Assembly: GCA_044866005.1 (NCBI GenBank)
Contig: JBIOTN010000099.1
Coordinates: forward strand, 1-17,097
Direction: 5' to 3'
Length of the DNA stretch: 17,097 bases
Origin: Candidatus Rokuibacteriota bacterium
Lineage (GTDB): Bacteria; Methylomirabilota; Methylomirabilia; Rokubacteriales; DASRDR01
Of the stretch, positions 1 to 7,285 are shown in pieces. The stretch's first letter is position 1, and each line of letters starts with the position of its first letter. The position numbers were made by a program, and so were the translations under genes. The notes below the pieces were generated by a model, which saw only the letters and a program-made list of their open reading frames with translations, was not told where the DNA came from and made no database searches.

Positions 1-1467
1 CGGCTGGTCCAGGTCTCGGGCGCGAGCCCCTTCGGCTCCTGCACCGCCGACAACGTGGCGGGACAGATCGGCCGGGTGTTCCCCGACAGCGAGGTCGAGC
101 CGTGGGTCGACGTGAACCCGCGGAACGCCGAGCACATCGTGGGGAGCTGGCAGCAGGACCGCTGGTCGAACGGGGGAGCGCGGGGGCTCGTGGCCGGCGT
201 GAGCGTGAACGGCGGGCGCAGCTGGCAGTCCGTCGTCGTCCCCGGCATCACGGCCTGCTCCGGCAACCCGGACTTCGAGCGCGCTTCCGATCCCTGGCTC
301 AGCTTCGCCCCGAACGGCGAGCTCCACCACGTGAGCCTCTCGATCGGGATCCGGCCTGACGGGCTCATCGCCCCGAGCGCGCTCCTGGTCAGCAAGTCGA
401 TCGACGGCGGGTTCACCTGGAGCGCGCCGATCACGGTCATCCGGGACGAGCCGCCCACGATCCTGAACGACAAGCAGTCGCTCACCGCGGACCCGGCGGA
501 CCCGAACTTCGTCTACCTGATCTGGGACCGCATCGAGAGTCCCCAGGAGCGGGCCCCGGCGATCGCCTTCGAACGGGCGCTCGGCTTCCGGGGGCCGACG
601 TGGTTCTCCCGGACGACCGACGCCGGCGCGTCCTGGGAGCCGGCGCGCCAGATCTTCGATCCGGGCCAGGAAGACCAGACCATCGGCAACCAGATCGTCG
701 TCCTGCCGGACGGCACCCTGATCGACGTCTTCAACCTCATCTTCAACTTCAAGAACGCCGGCGGGGTGCGCGGCTTCAACGTGGCGCTCCTCCGCTCCAC
801 CGACCGGGGCGTCACCTGGTCCGGACCGATCATCGTGGACAAGCTCCTCACCAGGGCCCTGACGGACCCCGGGTTCACGGGCGTGCGCGACCCCGACACG
901 AACGAGCGGGTGCGGACCGGGGACATCATCCCCGAGGTCGCGGTGGACCGGAATCCGGGCAGTCCCGGCCTCGGCACCCTCTACGCGGTCTGGCAGGACA
1001 GCCGCTTCAGCGGCGGGACCCGCGACGAGGTCGCCTTCTCGCAGTCGAGCGACGGCGGCTTCACGTGGAGCGCGCCGATCAAGATCAACCGGACGCCGGC
1101 CACCAGCAACCCGCGCAACCAGCAGGCGTTCACGCCAGCCGTCCGGGTCTCGGCCGACGGCACGATCGGCGTGACCTACTACGATTTCCGCAACAACACG
1201 CCGGACCCCGGCACGCTGCCGACGGATGCCTTCATCGTCCACTGCCACCCGGCCACCTCCTCGTGCGGCACGAGCCCCGCCGCCTGGATCGAGACGCGGC
1301 TCACCAACGCCTCCTTCGACATGCGGCTGGCGCCGGTCGCGCGCGGCTTCTTCGTGGGCGACTACGAGGCGCTGGGGACGGGCGGGGGCCAGTTCATGTC
1401 GTTCTTCTCCATGGCGGTCAGCAAGGGGGATCCCGCGAGCATCTTCTTCCGGCGCGTCGGACCGTAA
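1..1467 (+). CDS. BNR/Asp-box repeat (sialidase-fold, beta-propeller) protein; 5' end lies outside the window
   Basis: Frame 1 is open from base 1 (RLVQVSGASPFGSCTADNVAGQ...) to TAA at 1465-1467. It has five Asp-box motifs: SVNGGRSW, SIDGGFTW, TTDAGASW, STDRGVTW, SSDGGFTW. Also has SDP, NDK and C-terminal GDYEAL motifs typical of exo-alpha-sialidase-annotated proteins. Confidence 0.85.
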   Translation, partial: RLVQVSGASPFGSCTADNVAGQIGRVFPDSEVEPWVDVNPRNAEHIVGSWQQDRWSNGGARGLVAGVSVNGGRSWQSVVVPGITACSGNPDFERASDPWLSFAPNGELHHVSLSIGIRPDGLIAPSALLVSKSIDGGFTWSAPITVIRDEPPTILNDKQSLTADPADPNFVYLIWDRIESPQERAPAIAFERALGFRGPTWFSRTTDAGASWEPARQIFDPGQEDQTIGNQIVVLPDGTLIDVFNLIFNFKNAGGVRGFNVALLRSTDRGVTWSGPIIVDKLLTRALTDPGFTGVRDPDTNERVRTGDIIPEVAVDRNPGSPGLGTLYAVWQDSRFSGGTRDEVAFSQSSDGGFTWSAPIKINRTPATSNPRNQQAFTPAVRVSADGTIGVTYYDFRNNTPDPGTLPTDAFIVHCHPATSSCGTSPAAWIETRLTNASFDMRLAPVARGFFVGDYEALGTGGGQFMSFFSMAVSKGDPASIFFRRVGP

Positions 1468-1535
1468 CCGCGCGGCTCGTCTCGGGGCGGCGCCGCGCGG
1501 GCCGCCGTCCCGGGACGCGCGCGCCCTTCCGTTGC

Positions 1536-1565
1536 TTGACGCCGCGCGCGGCCGCGGACTAGGAT
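1536..1565 (+). promoter_or_regulatory. sigma70-type promoter for the aldolase/SDR gene
   Basis: TTGACG (1536-1541), 18-bp spacer, TAGGAT (1560-1565). It lies 17 bp before ATG 1583 in otherwise extremely GC-rich DNA. Confidence 0.6.
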
Positions 1566-1582
1566 ACGTGCGGGCCTACCGC

Positions 1583-3643
1583 ATGGAGAGCCACTGGTCC
1601 GACGAGGCGGCGCGCGGCCTCGACCCGCTCGACCTCCTGATCTACGCCTCGCGCCTCGTGGGGGCCGAGACGTCGCTCGCCGTGTGGGGCGGCGGCAACA
1701 CCTCGCTCAAGCTGACCGAGCCCGATCTGCGCGAGCGCCCGATCCGCGTGCTCCGCGTGAAGGGGAGCGGCTCCGACCTCAAGAGCGTGACGCGCCGGGA
1801 CTTCCCCGGCGTCCGCCTCGACGACCTCCTCCCGCTCTTCGAGCGGGAAGAGATGGGCGACCAGGAGATGGTGGACTACCTCGCCCGCTGCCTCCAGGAG
1901 CCGGGGTCGCCGCGCCCCTCCATCGAGACGCTCCTCCACGGCTTTCTGCCGTTCGAGGCCGTCATCCACACCCACGCCGACGCCATCGTCGCGCTCACGA
2001 ACACCGAGCGGGGCCACGAGGTGGTGCGCGAGCTCTTCGGCAAGGAGGCGCCGGCCGTCCCGTACCGGCGCCCGGGCTTCCGGCTCTCCCGCGAGGTGGC
2101 CGACGCCGTCCGCGGCCAGCCCGGGGCGCGCGGCCTCGTGCTGGAGAAGCACGGCCTCATCTCCTGGGGGACGACGCTGAAGGAGGCGTACCTCGGCACG
2201 ATCGAGCTCGTGAGCCGCGCCGAGGAGCGCCTCCGCGAGGCCGCGGGCGGTCGCCGCGTCTTGGGCTCCCCGGCGGTCGCCGTGCCGGAGGCGGCCACGC
2301 GCCGCGCCGTCGCGCGCGCCGTCGCGCCGGTGCTCCGCGGGCTGCTGGGCCGCGCGCGGCGCGTCATCCTCCGGTTCGACGACGGCGAGGACGTCCTGGC
2401 GCTGGCCAGCGCCCAGGATGCGGCGCGCCTGACCCAGATCGGCCCGGCCACTCCCGATCACACGCTCTACACCAAGCGCCTCCCCTGCTTCGTGCCCCTG
2501 GCCGACCCCACCTCCCCGGAGGCGGTCACCGCCGCGCTCCGGGCCGCCGTCGCGGCGTTCGCCGAGCGCTACACGGCCTACTTCGAGGCGCACCGGTTCG
2601 AGGGCGCCGTGCTGGCGGACGCCTCCCCGCGCGTCGTGCTGCTGCCGGGACTCGGGATGTTCACGACCGGCAAGGACGCCCGGACCGCGGCGATCGTCGC
2701 CGACATCTACCACCACACGGCGTGGGTCCTGGGCGCGGCCTCCGCGGTCGGCCCCTACCGGTCGCTCACGCCGGCCGAGGCCTTCGGCGTCGAGTACTGG
2801 CCGCTCGAGCTCTACAAGCTCGCCGCCGCCGCCCCGGAGAAGGAGCTGGCGCGGCGCATCGCGCTCGTGACCGGGGGGGCCAGCGGCATCGGGCGCGCCG
2901 TGGCGCGGCGACTCGCCCAGGAGGGCGCGCACGTCGTGGTGGCCGACCTCGACGGGGCGGCCGCCGCGCGCACGGCCCAGGAGATCGTCCGCGAGGCCGG
3001 GCCGGGCCGCGCGCTGGGGGTCGCGATGGACGTACGGTCGGAGCCGGCGGTGCAGGCGGGGCTGGCCGCCGCCATCGACGCCTACGGCGGCCTCGACATC
3101 GTGGTCTCCAACGCCGGCATCGCCCGCGCGGCGTCGCTCACGCGCCTCGGGCTCGACGACTGGGAGGAGAGCTTCGCGGTGAACGCGCGCGGGCACTTCC
3201 TGGTCACGCGCGAAGCCGTGCGGGTCCTCACGGCGCAGGGGCTCGGCGGCAGCCTGATCTTCGTCGCCACCAAGAACGTCATGGCGCCGGGGAAGGACTT
3301 CGCCGCCTACAGCGCGGCGAAGGCGGCCGAGGCGCAGCTCGCCAAGGTCGCGGCGATCGAGGGCGGGCCCTGCGGGATCCGCGCCAACATCGTGAACCCC
3401 GACGCCGTCTTCCGCGACTCCGGTCTCTGGTCCGACGAAGTGCGGCGCGAGCGGGCGCGCGCGCAGGGCATCGAGGTGGGCGAGCTCGAGGAGTTCTACC
3501 GCAAGCGGAACCTCCTCGGCGTCACCATCCTGCCCGAGGACGTCGCCGAGGCGGTGCTCTTCTTCGCCTCGGACCGGTCGGCGAAGACCACGGGCTGCAC
3601 GCTGACCGTGGACGGCGGCGTCCGCGACGCCTTCCCACGGTAG
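1583..3643 (+). CDS. rhaD: Bifunctional rhamnulose-1-phosphate aldolase / short-chain dehydrogenase (YuxG/RhaEW type)
   Basis: N-terminal class II aldolase domain with GGGNTS, KGSGSDL, PSIETLLH, HTH, KHG, PDH and EYWPLE. C-terminal SDR domain with TGGASGIG, NAG, YSAAK and VDGG. Start placed at ATG 1583 (MESHWSD), downstream of the promoter; the ORF-track extension from 1226 overlaps the previous gene. Confidence 0.9.
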   Translation: MESHWSDEAARGLDPLDLLIYASRLVGAETSLAVWGGGNTSLKLTEPDLRERPIRVLRVKGSGSDLKSVTRRDFPGVRLDDLLPLFEREEMGDQEMVDYLARCLQEPGSPRPSIETLLHGFLPFEAVIHTHADAIVALTNTERGHEVVRELFGKEAPAVPYRRPGFRLSREVADAVRGQPGARGLVLEKHGLISWGTTLKEAYLGTIELVSRAEERLREAAGGRRVLGSPAVAVPEAATRRAVARAVAPVLRGLLGRARRVILRFDDGEDVLALASAQDAARLTQIGPATPDHTLYTKRLPCFVPLADPTSPEAVTAALRAAVAAFAERYTAYFEAHRFEGAVLADASPRVVLLPGLGMFTTGKDARTAAIVADIYHHTAWVLGAASAVGPYRSLTPAEAFGVEYWPLELYKLAAAAPEKELARRIALVTGGASGIGRAVARRLAQEGAHVVVADLDGAAAARTAQEIVREAGPGRALGVAMDVRSEPAVQAGLAAAIDAYGGLDIVVSNAGIARAASLTRLGLDDWEESFAVNARGHFLVTREAVRVLTAQGLGGSLIFVATKNVMAPGKDFAAYSAAKAAEAQLAKVAAIEGGPCGIRANIVNPDAVFRDSGLWSDEVRRERARAQGIEVGELEEFYRKRNLLGVTILPEDVAEAVLFFASDRSAKTTGCTLTVDGGVRDAFPR

Positions 3644-3648
3644 TTGTT

Positions 3649-3759
3649 TCGGGGGGGTCTCTGAAGACCCCCCCGATGCCCCAACCTCTTCGGGCTGGGC
3701 GGGTGGGCCGGCGGCGAAGCCGCCGCTCGGGAGCTTCGCTATCGGCCCGACGATGAGGC
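3649..3759 (+). repeat. Structured intergenic repeat, divergent copy C (REP-like / ncRNA-like)
   Basis: Perfect 12-bp hairpin TCGGGGGGGTCT-CTGA-AGACCCCCCCGA (3649-3676). Hairpin GCGGC-GAA-GCCGC (3711-3723) is enclosed by GGGCCG/CGGCCC (3705-3710/3743-3748). Tail GCCCGACGATGAGGC matches copy A at 14/15. Confidence 0.6.
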
Positions 3760-3781
3760 TTGTGAGCCGAGGGGCGCGCGC

Positions 3782-4756
3782 GTGATCAGGGTGGGGGTGT
3801 CGCTGGGGCTCCACGATCCCCCGGCGCTGCAGGCACTCGCCCGCCGGATCGAGGCGCTCGGATACGACTCGATCTGGACCGGCGACCACGTCGCCTTTCA
3901 CAACCCCACGCTGGAATCGCTCACCACGCTGGGGTACCTCGCGGCGGTCACCCGGCGCGTGCGCCTCGGGCCCTGCGTCTACCTCCTGGCGCTCCGCCGG
4001 CCGGCCGTCGCGGCCAAGGCCGTCGCGACCCTCGACGTCCTCTCGGGCGGGCGCGTCGTCTTCGGGGTCGGGGTGGGCGGCGAGTTCCCGAAGGAGTTCG
4101 AGCTGTGCGGGGTGCCGCACGGGGAGCGGGGCCGCCGGGTCGACGAGGCGATCGAGGTCTGCCGCCTCCTGTGGCGGACATCGCCGGCCACCTTCGAGGG
4201 ACGCTTTCTCCGCTTCACCGAGGTGACCCTCGAGCCCCGGCCGGTGCAGCCCGGCGGTCCCCCCATCTGGATCGGCGGCCGCTCGGACCACGCCCTGCGT
4301 CGCGCCGCCCGCGTCGGCGACGGCTGGGTCTCCTACCTGGTGACGCCGGCACGCTACCGGGCGAGCCTCGAGAAGCTCGCTCGGTGGGCGGCCGACGCCC
4401 ACCGGCCGCTCGAGGGGTTCGAGCCGGCGCACCTCGCCTTCACGGTGGTCGACGACGACCCCGCGCGCGCCGCCGCCACGGCCACGCGCTACCTCACGAA
4501 GCAGTACAATCAGCCCTTCGATGACCTGGTCGGGAAGTACTGCGTCCTGGGGCCGCCCGACCGGTGCGCCGAGAGCCTCGAGCGGTTCGTGGAGGCGGGC
4601 GCCCGGAGCTTCGTGCTCCGCTTCGCCACGGGCGCCGACGGCGTGCCGGAGCAGGTGGAGCGGTTCGCGGCCGACGTGTTGCCCCGCCTCCAGGCCCGGA
4701 CCGCGGCGGGTGGGCCCGCGCCCTCGCCCTCGCCAGGCGGGCGGACGGCGGGCTGA
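3782..4756 (+). CDS. LLM-class (luciferase-like) flavin- or F420-dependent oxidoreductase
   Basis: Motifs GYDSIWTGDH, LAAVTRRVRLG, ATLDVLSGGRVVFGVGVG, PRPVQPGGPPIWIGG and GDGW. GTG start. Confidence 0.9.
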   Translation: MIRVGVSLGLHDPPALQALARRIEALGYDSIWTGDHVAFHNPTLESLTTLGYLAAVTRRVRLGPCVYLLALRRPAVAAKAVATLDVLSGGRVVFGVGVGGEFPKEFELCGVPHGERGRRVDEAIEVCRLLWRTSPATFEGRFLRFTEVTLEPRPVQPGGPPIWIGGRSDHALRRAARVGDGWVSYLVTPARYRASLEKLARWAADAHRPLEGFEPAHLAFTVVDDDPARAAATATRYLTKQYNQPFDDLVGKYCVLGPPDRCAESLERFVEAGARSFVLRFATGADGVPEQVERFAADVLPRLQARTAAGGPAPSPSPGGRTAG

Positions 4757-4829
4757 GGCGGGCCCGCCGCCGGGCCCGCTCGCGCTGTCCGGCTCGCCGG
4801 TCGGGACGCCCCGGCGGTAGTCGCGCCCG

Positions 4830-5534
4830 ATGCCCCGCGCCCCCTCCTGCCGCGCCCGCGTCGTCGCCCTCCGGTGGCTCGATCCCGTCATCCTCGAGAT
4901 CGACCTCGCGATGCACGAGCCGCCGGAGCTCCGATTCGACGCCGGCCAGTGGGTGGCGATCCCTCTCGGCGACAAGATCGTGCGGCCATACTCGATGGCC
5001 TCGCCGCCGTCGGACGGCCGGGTCATCCGGCTCTGCGTGGACGTCACGCCGGGCGGGTCGGGCTCGCGCTACTTCCGCGCGCTCGAGGTCGGCAGCGAGG
5101 TGGTCTTCCAGCCGCCCCTCGGCACGCTCACCCTGATCCCGGGCTCCACGGCTCCGGTCCTCATGGTGGCCGAGGCGGTCGGCGTGGTCCCGTTCCGCTC
5201 GATCCTCCTCACCCAGGCCGAGCAGGGCTTCCCGCGACCGATGACGCTGCGCTTCACCGCGCCGACGCCGCCGCATCTCCTCTACGACGCCGAGCTCCGC
5301 CAGCTCGCCGCCGCCCACCCCCGCTTCGTCTATCGCCCGATCCTGCCGGCGCCCGATCCGCGCTGGGCCGGGCCCGTCGGGCCGGTCCTCTCGACCCTCG
5401 CGCCGGACACGGAAGATCTCGCCGGCCACGATGCGCTCCTCTGCGGGGGCGGGCGGCTCGTGACGGCGGCGCGGCAGCTCTGCCTCGATCGCGGCATCGA
5501 GCGGAAGCGCATCCGCTACGAGAAGTTCTGGTAG
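4830..5534 (+). CDS. FNR-like FAD/NAD(P)-binding oxidoreductase without a 2Fe-2S domain
   Basis: FDAGQW, FAD-binding RPYS, GGSGS, PLG, a degenerate NAD loop AEAVGVVPF, LCG, and C-terminal YEKFW. Confidence 0.8.
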   Translation: MPRAPSCRARVVALRWLDPVILEIDLAMHEPPELRFDAGQWVAIPLGDKIVRPYSMASPPSDGRVIRLCVDVTPGGSGSRYFRALEVGSEVVFQPPLGTLTLIPGSTAPVLMVAEAVGVVPFRSILLTQAEQGFPRPMTLRFTAPTPPHLLYDAELRQLAAAHPRFVYRPILPAPDPRWAGPVGPVLSTLAPDTEDLAGHDALLCGGGRLVTAARQLCLDRGIERKRIRYEKFW

Positions 5535-5710
5535 CGCCCGGCCCGGCGCCGCCGCCCCGACCTCCACGCGTCGCGGGCGCGACAGGCCGTCCGACGAGGA
5601 ACAGGGGCCGCGTCTCCGCCGTGTCGTGGCCGAAAAGCGGCGGCGCTCCTCACGGCGCGACCGCGGAGGCTCGGGCGGGGGCGGGGGCGGGCCCGCGCCC
5701 GGGGGCGCCG

Positions 5711-5726
5711 CGGCGCTGCGATTGCA
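5711..5726 (+). promoter_or_regulatory. Candidate sigma54 (-24/-12) promoter for paoABC
   Basis: CGGCGC-N5-TTGCA, with GG (5712-5713) and GC (5724-5725) exactly 10 bp apart. It lies about 33 bp before the ATG, with a GGAAGGAG SD in between. Confidence 0.45.
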
Positions 5727-5758
5727 TCCCTCCGGGAGCCCCAGGAAGGAGCCGATCC

Positions 5759-6280
5759 ATGGCCACTCCGGCGCTCTGGCTCACGCTGCACGTCAACGGC
5801 AAGGCCCATGCGCTTCCCGCGCTCGACCCGCGCACCACGCTCCTCGACGCGCTCCGCGAGCACCTCACGCTCACCGGCACCAAGAAGGGGTGCGACCTCG
5901 GCCAGTGCGGCGCCTGCACGGTGCTCGCCGACGGCCGGCGGATCAACGCGTGCCTGGCGCTCGCCGCGCTCTACGAAGACCAGGAGATCACCACGATCGA
6001 GGGCGTGACGGCGGGCGACGGCCTCACGCTGCACCCGCTCCAGCGGGCGTTCATCGCGCATGACGCCTTTCAGTGCGGCTACTGCACGCCGGGGCAGATC
6101 GTATCGGCGATCGGGCTCCTGGGCGAGGGCCGCGCCCGGTCCCTCGAGGAGATCCGCGAGTTCATGAGCGGCAACCTCTGTCGCTGCGGCGCCTATGCCA
6201 ACATCGTCGCCGCCATCGCGGAGGTCGCCGAGACGCCGACCGACGAGGGGTCGCCGCCCCCGCGCGACGGGCGGGCGTGA
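5759..6280 (+). CDS. paoA: Aldehyde oxidoreductase / xanthine dehydrogenase family 2x[2Fe-2S] subunit (PaoA/YagT-like)
   Basis: GTKKGCDLGQCGAC...NAC and QCGYCTPG...GNLCRCGAY motifs. ATG 5759 is preceded by AGGAAGGAG. No Tat leader is visible. Confidence 0.88.
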   Translation: MATPALWLTLHVNGKAHALPALDPRTTLLDALREHLTLTGTKKGCDLGQCGACTVLADGRRINACLALAALYEDQEITTIEGVTAGDGLTLHPLQRAFIAHDAFQCGYCTPGQIVSAIGLLGEGRARSLEEIREFMSGNLCRCGAYANIVAAIAEVAETPTDEGSPPPRDGRA

Positions 6281-6283
6281 GGC

Positions 6284-7285
6284 ATGTACCCCTTCGCGCT
6301 CGAACGGCCGCGCGACCTGGCCGCCGCGATGGCCCTGGGAGCCGCGCCGGGCGGGCCGGCCACCGAGTACATCGCCGGCGGCACGGACATGCTCCAGCTC
6401 CTGCGGGAGGAGGTCCGCCGCCCCGAGCGCCTCGTGGCCCTCGGCGCGGGCGTGCTCGACACCCGCGTCGAGGTCGGGCCGGACGGCGCCCTCCGTCTCG
6501 GCGCCGGCGCCCGGATGAGCGAGGTGGCCGACCACGCGGGCGTGCGCGAGGCCTTTCCGCTCGTGGCCCAGGCCCTCCTGGCCTCGGCCTCGCCACAGGT
6601 GCGCAACATGGCGACGGTCGGCGGCAACCTGCTGCAGCGGACCCGGTGCGCCTACTTCCGGGACGTCGGCGTGCCCGCCTGCAACAAGCGGAACCCCGGC
6701 TCGGGCTGCGCGGCGATGGAGGGCGATCACCGCATGCACGCGCTCCTCGGCGGCTCCGACCACTGCATCGCGGCGCACGCGTCGGACCTCGCCGTGGCGC
6801 TCGTGGCCCTCGACGCGGCGCTCCGCCTCCGCGGCCCGGAGGGCGAGCGGGTCGTGGCGCTCGAGGCGTTTCACCGCGTGCCCGGCGACACCCCGCACGT
6901 GGAGACGGTCCTGCGGCCGGGTGAGCTCGTCACCGCGATCGAGGTGCCGGCCGCCCCGGCGCTGGCCCGGCGTTCCCATTACCTCAAGGTGCGGGACCGC
7001 GCGTCGTTCGAGTTCGCCCTCGTCTCCGCCGCGGTGGCGCTCGACACGGACGGGGCGACGATCCAGGGCGCGCGCGTCGCCATGGGGGGCGTCGGCACCA
7101 AGCCCTGGCGGATGCGCGGCGTCGAGCAGGCCCTCGTCGGCGCCCGCCGCGACCCCGCCGCCTACCGGACGGCGGCCGAGCGGGCGGCCGATGGCGCGGT
7201 CCCGCGCCGGCAGAACGCCTTCAAGCTCGCCCTCCTGACGCGCGCGCTGGCGCGCGCCCTGGAGATCGCGGGAGACCGGGCGTGA
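6284..7285 (+). CDS. paoB: FAD-binding subunit of a molybdo-flavoenzyme (PaoB/YagS-like) with [4Fe-4S] insert
   Basis: IAGGTD, ASPQVRNMATVGGNL, the Cys insert RTRC..CNKR..GSGC..HC, KVRDRASFEFALVS and GGVGTKPWR. Confidence 0.9.
   Translation: MYPFALERPRDLAAAMALGAAPGGPATEYIAGGTDMLQLLREEVRRPERLVALGAGVLDTRVEVGPDGALRLGAGARMSEVADHAGVREAFPLVAQALLASASPQVRNMATVGGNLLQRTRCAYFRDVGVPACNKRNPGSGCAAMEGDHRMHALLGGSDHCIAAHASDLAVALVALDAALRLRGPEGERVVALEAFHRVPGDTPHVETVLRPGELVTAIEVPAAPALARRSHYLKVRDRASFEFALVSAAVALDTDGATIQGARVAMGGVGTKPWRMRGVEQALVGARRDPAAYRTAAERAADGAVPRRQNAFKLALLTRALARALEIAGDRA

Noticed and set aside
1468..1520. Intrinsic terminator after the sialidase-fold gene, and likewise the 9-bp hairpin at 4758-4779
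   Set aside because: GC-rich stems are present but lack a U-tract, and such stems are common at this GC content. Not enough evidence to call.
1559..5047. 1162-aa minus-strand ORF, and similar long ORFs such as 7162-9924, 5516-6979, 11505-12965, 14135-16108, 1684-3756 and 11570-13288
   Set aside because: These are antisense or off-frame shadows of well-supported genes. They have Arg/Gly/Pro/Ala-rich low-complexity translations with no family motifs, as expected where high GC makes stop codons rare.
5535..5758. Moco/Wco riboswitch upstream of the molybdoenzyme operon
   Set aside because: I could not build the expected multi-stem fold around the single GAAA. A cmscan against Rfam would be decisive.
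4874..5758. N-terminal extension or fusion of the 2Fe-2S subunit suggested by the 468-aa ORF
   Set aside because: The extension overlaps the FNR-like gene in another frame and is low-complexity. A good SD and ATG lie at 5759.
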